Shown piece after piece: positions 60,321 to 64,000 of a stretch of DNA of 64,000 nucleotides (position 1 is the first letter of the stretch; the number at the start of each line of letters is the position of its first letter). The notes under the pieces are model-generated. The model made no database searches. It was not told the origin of the DNA and saw only the letters and a list, made by a program, of their open reading frames with translations. Origin of the DNA: a virus. Position numbers and translations under genes: made by a program. The stretch is taken from IMG/VR virus record IMGVR_UViG_3300033802_000463, positions 1 through 64,000 of that record, one strand, 5' to 3'.

Positions 60321-63300
60321 CTAAGAGTATTGCTCAACTTTATCCCGATACCAAATCCGACTCAAATGGGCTGTATTGTCTGAATGATTCACGTTCATTT
60401 GCACTTTGCCGTTGTACCCGGATTGCTGCAGGGCTTGACCGATCATCGGACCAAAATTTTGAGACCCTTTTCCTTGAGCCGAAATGGTGATATTCGCTCC
60501 CGAAAATCCAGCGTCAATCGGCGTAATTGCAGGCATTGGCGTTCCGCCATACATCATCGATGCGTGCGCACGCGCCTGCTCTGCAGATTGGTAATCTGAA
60601 TTGTAAGGCATTACAGGCTCACTATCGTTAAGAGTATTGTACCCTATAATACCTGCAAGCGCTAGACCTCCAATAAGAGCAGCTTTCTTATTCCTTGGAC
60701 CATTTGGACCATTGAAGAATGCATCGAGTGATTGCGAGACTTTATTGTATGTTTTTGGTCCAAGCATTCCACCTGTTCCATCTTCAATGATTTCAGCAAT
60801 GGTGCCGGCCGGTCCCTCCAGCCGCTTGGCCATCATGGAATCCAATCCAGGTTCAAGCGGACTGACCTTTCGATATTCCGGCGTAATATCCATGGGCTCC
60901 GGATATTGAATATCAAGTCCCGCTTCTTCTCGAAGCAGTCGCTGCAAAAGCCCCATGTATTGATTGGTGCCTGTCATATCTGGATTCTTACCCATGATGG
61001 TATCGACAATCTTGGTTAATCCATGATCTGATAGCCTCATGCCGCGGCTTGTTCCCGCGCGAAGCTCGACATTCTTGAAGTCTTCCTTCATGCGCTTCAT
61101 GGCTTCTTGAAGATGGCCGGCAGCCATTTCCAAGTCATATTCTTTGGCAAAACGACCTTCAAAAAGCCGTTTGTCTATGTCGATTGCTTCCTTCCAGTTC
61201 CCATAACGAATAGCTTCCAGCAATTCCGAAGCACCGGATCGTGCCATGAGGACTTGACCAGTACCGTGTTTCGAGGAAATCGTGAGTTTCTGTTCTAAGC
61301 CCTCCCCGAGATTAAAGATCGCTTGTCTTGCCGCCTCATTGTCCGCATAGTAGTGGTTGGCAATTTGACGCATCATGTAGTTCAAGTCTGATGCTTGCCC
61401 AACCAACTCTTTACCGGATTTCGCAAGCATTTCATCAATTTGATTTGGAGCAATGGCCTCAATTCTTCCGGATTCGCCGGCTAAATCACGCAATCCGAAT
61501 CTGCGCTCTTTTTCTCCATCCACTGCTTTTTTCATGAATCCTTCGATATAATCAGATGGATATTCTTCGCTATTTGCCAGCGCGCGCTGATATGCCGCTT
61601 CGTGCCGTTGGCGCCGAGCATATTCTTCTGCTTTATATCGTTGCTCCAATTCTTCTTGAACTTTTTCATCATGTATCGCAAGCAGCTGATTGTAGTCGCC
61701 ATCCGAGTCAGCTGCAAGGAATTTGGCCAGAAGCGAAGTTACATGATGTTGCCCGGTGGCTACATTCTCGCTTACTTTCAGCCTGGCTACTTGTACAGCC
61801 TTATCTGTGAAAGTCGGATATCGCACATCGACCACATAGAAATCTTTTCCATTCACAATGTGATCGTAGACGCCAAGAGCCCTTGCTTCATCCGGAGAGA
61901 TAAAGACATGTTCGCCTCCGAGTTGACTTGATATCGATGTCGGCAAAACCTTCGTGAGACCCGATGAGGAGAATGGCATATTCGTCTTAAATACACTTTC
62001 TCCTGTTTGTCCTTTGGAAGCTGTCACATGCTTTACCAAACCTTCGACATAGCTGTTTACCGATCTCTGAAGCCTTTCCATGGCTCGCTGACGTTCGATA
62101 TCTGTGCCGGCCTTTCCAACCTCTGCTGCACGCCGATAAATATCAGCAATATGTTGCTGCATTTCACGCTTCCAGATCTCGTTCCCCTTTCCCTCATTTT
62201 TCATGAAGGGAACAAAGATGCGATTGATCTGTCTTCCATCCACATTGACCGTTAGCGGCGTTTTTTGACCACTGATTTCAGCATGCGGCAATTCCAGCCA
62301 GTATCCATGGTAATCGTTATCCTCGACCAGGCTTCGCAGATAGTCGTCATCCAGGATGGTGCCATAGATGGTCGCTCGGTTTGTATCTGTGGTCGGAAGC
62401 GGCAAGAGATCTCCCAATCGCACAGTCCGTTTTTCAAAATCCGGATCGACAGCTTGTTCTCCGTAGACAAGTCCGCGCAATGCATGCACCATGCTGATTG
62501 CTTCCTGGGCCCGGCCGGTTTCTCTGGCAGAAGTCTTCATGTGATTCCAGATATAATCAAATGTGTGATTATACCCTTTTTGTTTGAGCATTCCAAGTTC
62601 TCGGAACCCATACTTGACACCTTTTACTTCACCTTCGTTATACACGATGTTGACCATTCTGCCATCATCACTAATATCATAATTCAAGATGGCTTTTCGT
62701 TTTCCATCAACCATGGTGGAGTAGGTTTGAACTTGTGCTGCACGCATTGCCTGAATGCCCCATACAACGCCCTGTTCGGATGTCTCTGAAATGCCGAGCT
62801 GTTCAAACAGCTTGTAGAAATTCTCGACATTGATGGACCTGTATTTGTTTACCTTTGTGACATCAAGAAGTTCAACAGTTCCATCGGCGTTGATTGTGGC
62901 CTTCAAACCCACTCTTCCTCTGTTGATCATGGCCACGGCTCTTTTCTTGTCTTCTTCGCTCATCTGATCGACATAATATTTCAGCTTGTTTGCTTGCGCG
63001 CGCAAAGCGCCGCCAAAGTCTCTGTGTTTGGCAATATCAGGATTGTAAACCGCCCCGATGCCCTCTACACCAGTGAGCTCCTCCAAAAAGCGCTGGCCAT
63101 AGCCGAACTCTCCGTTCAATTGCCCGCCTCCGATGGTTGTTTTCTCAATATCGAAGGTGAATTTATTGGCCTGCTCTTTGTATTCAATGGCAAATGCATT
63201 GTCGCTCATTTCTGATGCGATTCGTCCGACGTGCCTCTGATCGTAGAACACATCTTCCCGGCGGCCGTCAATAATCCGGTATCCAAGTCGCTCACCCGGC

Positions 63301-64000
63301 AAAATGTCAATATTTGTCCGGAGATTTCCATCCGCGTCGATGAATTTTTCATCCCAATAAATCTCGTCTCCTCGGTAAATTTTGTAGTTCTTCATCTTGA
63401 AGCGATTGACGAGATCCCTGTTCATCAGCGCTTGCTGCTCATAAACATTGGGATAGCGGACCGGATTGATATTGCCGCTGACATCAATAATGCCTTCGGA
63501 TCGAAGAATGCGGCGTCCTTCTTCTGTTTCCATCATTCGCTGAATGGCCTCATCGACTTGAGCCTGACTCATGAGAGCCGTTTTAACATGCACTTCCCTC
63601 TTATACGGAAGCACTTGATCCAGTCGATCTTGTAATTTGGTTTTCACCATTGGCTCGGTACTGATCCAGGCTGACGACTCGTTCAGTATATTTTCGAGAT
63701 CACGATCGATCGCATAAGAGTTCATAATCTGAACGGCATTATCCCGGCCCATATTGGTGAAATGACCATATGGGATCAAATCCCGGGCATCCATTCGGCT
63801 GGCACCGCCATCAATTACCACATCACTTTTGACTGCAGAATAAAACAGATTACCGATGCCGTTTGCTTTCGCCCACTGAGGCAGATCTTTACGAATCATG
63901 AACCGCGCTTCATCGCTTAAATCTTCGAGTGACACGAATGGATGAAGTTTCTTTTTATCCGCATTCAAAATAACCTCTTTGTTATAGAAGTCATCATCGG
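60321..64000 (-). CDS. C-terminal part of a giant protein at the tape-measure position containing a single-chain two-barrel RNA polymerase (5' end outside the window)
   Basis: Frame is open to 64000; RYP...AADSDGD (61695-61709) plus colinear beta/beta'-like motifs; hydrophobic segment near the C-terminus. Confidence 0.8.
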   Translation of the reverse strand, partial: DDDFYNKEVILNADKKKLHPFVSLEDLSDEARFMIRKDLPQWAKANGIGNLFYSAVKSDVVIDGGASRMDARDLIPYGHFTNMGRDNAVQIMNSYAIDRDLENILNESSAWISTEPMVKTKLQDRLDQVLPYKREVHVKTALMSQAQVDEAIQRMMETEEGRRILRSEGIIDVSGNINPVRYPNVYEQQALMNRDLVNRFKMKNYKIYRGDEIYWDEKFIDADGNLRTNIDILPGERLGYRIIDGRREDVFYDQRHVGRIASEMSDNAFAIEYKEQANKFTFDIEKTTIGGGQLNGEFGYGQRFLEELTGVEGIGAVYNPDIAKHRDFGGALRAQANKLKYYVDQMSEEDKKRAVAMINRGRVGLKATINADGTVELLDVTKVNKYRSINVENFYKLFEQLGISETSEQGVVWGIQAMRAAQVQTYSTMVDGKRKAILNYDISDDGRMVNIVYNEGEVKGVKYGFRELGMLKQKGYNHTFDYIWNHMKTSARETGRAQEAISMVHALRGLVYGEQAVDPDFEKRTVRLGDLLPLPTTDTNRATIYGTILDDDYLRSLVEDNDYHGYWLELPHAEISGQKTPLTVNVDGRQINRIFVPFMKNEGKGNEIWKREMQQHIADIYRRAAEVGKAGTDIERQRAMERLQRSVNSYVEGLVKHVTASKGQTGESVFKTNMPFSSSGLTKVLPTSISSQLGGEHVFISPDEARALGVYDHIVNGKDFYVVDVRYPTFTDKAVQVARLKVSENVATGQHHVTSLLAKFLAADSDGDYNQLLAIHDEKVQEELEQRYKAEEYARRQRHEAAYQRALANSEEYPSDYIEGFMKKAVDGEKERRFGLRDLAGESGRIEAIAPNQIDEMLAKSGKELVGQASDLNYMMRQIANHYYADNEAARQAIFNLGEGLEQKLTISSKHGTGQVLMARSGASELLEAIRYGNWKEAIDIDKRLFEGRFAKEYDLEMAAGHLQEAMKRMKEDFKNVELRAGTSRGMRLSDHGLTKIVDTIMGKNPDMTGTNQYMGLLQRLLREEAGLDIQYPEPMDITPEYRKVSPLEPGLDSMMAKRLEGPAGTIAEIIEDGTGGMLGPKTYNKVSQSLDAFFNGPNGPRNKKAALIGGLALAGIIGYNTLNDSEPVMPYNSDYQSAEQARAHASMMYGGTPMPAITPIDAGFSGANITISAQGKGSQNFGPMIGQALQQSGYNGKVQMNVNHSDNTAHLSRIWYRDKVEQYS

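Noticed and set aside
919-63635. Numerous other plus-strand and nested ORFs in the ORF track
   Set aside because: They overlap well-supported minus-strand genes and show no motifs of their own.
1-64000. tRNA, rRNA, CRISPR arrays, integrase
   Set aside because: None was recognised by eye; the intergenic gaps are short and mostly explained.

Overview
A 64-kb segment of a large tailed phage or phage-like replicon. The host is probably Bacillales, inferred from GGAGG ribosome-binding sites, sigmaA-like promoters, nrdI/nrdE and a Bacillus-type glucosaminidase. All credible genes lie on the minus strand. In transcription order (right to left) the window holds: (1) the C-terminal >1,200 aa of a giant protein at the tape-measure position that carries, in correct order, the catalytic motifs of a two-barrel (beta+beta') RNA polymerase; (2) a 2,120-aa hub-like protein with cell-wall hydrolase domains, then baseplate genes (spike-like, gp25-like, J-like); (3) a lower-GC cassette of paralogous fibre/receptor-binding genes containing a complete diversity-generating retroelement (target gene with VR, 130-bp TR with 20/20 mismatches at adenines, RT, no avd); (4) very large virion proteins with FN3, Ig-like, PA14, thrombospondin-C-like, vWA and PKD-like modules; (5) two holin-like genes; (6) a replication module (Rad52-like annealing protein, AEP primase, DnaB-like helicase); (7) a Tad2/DUF2829-like gene, nrdI and a prematurely ending nrdE. 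All domain calls come from motif recognition by eye, not from database searches.
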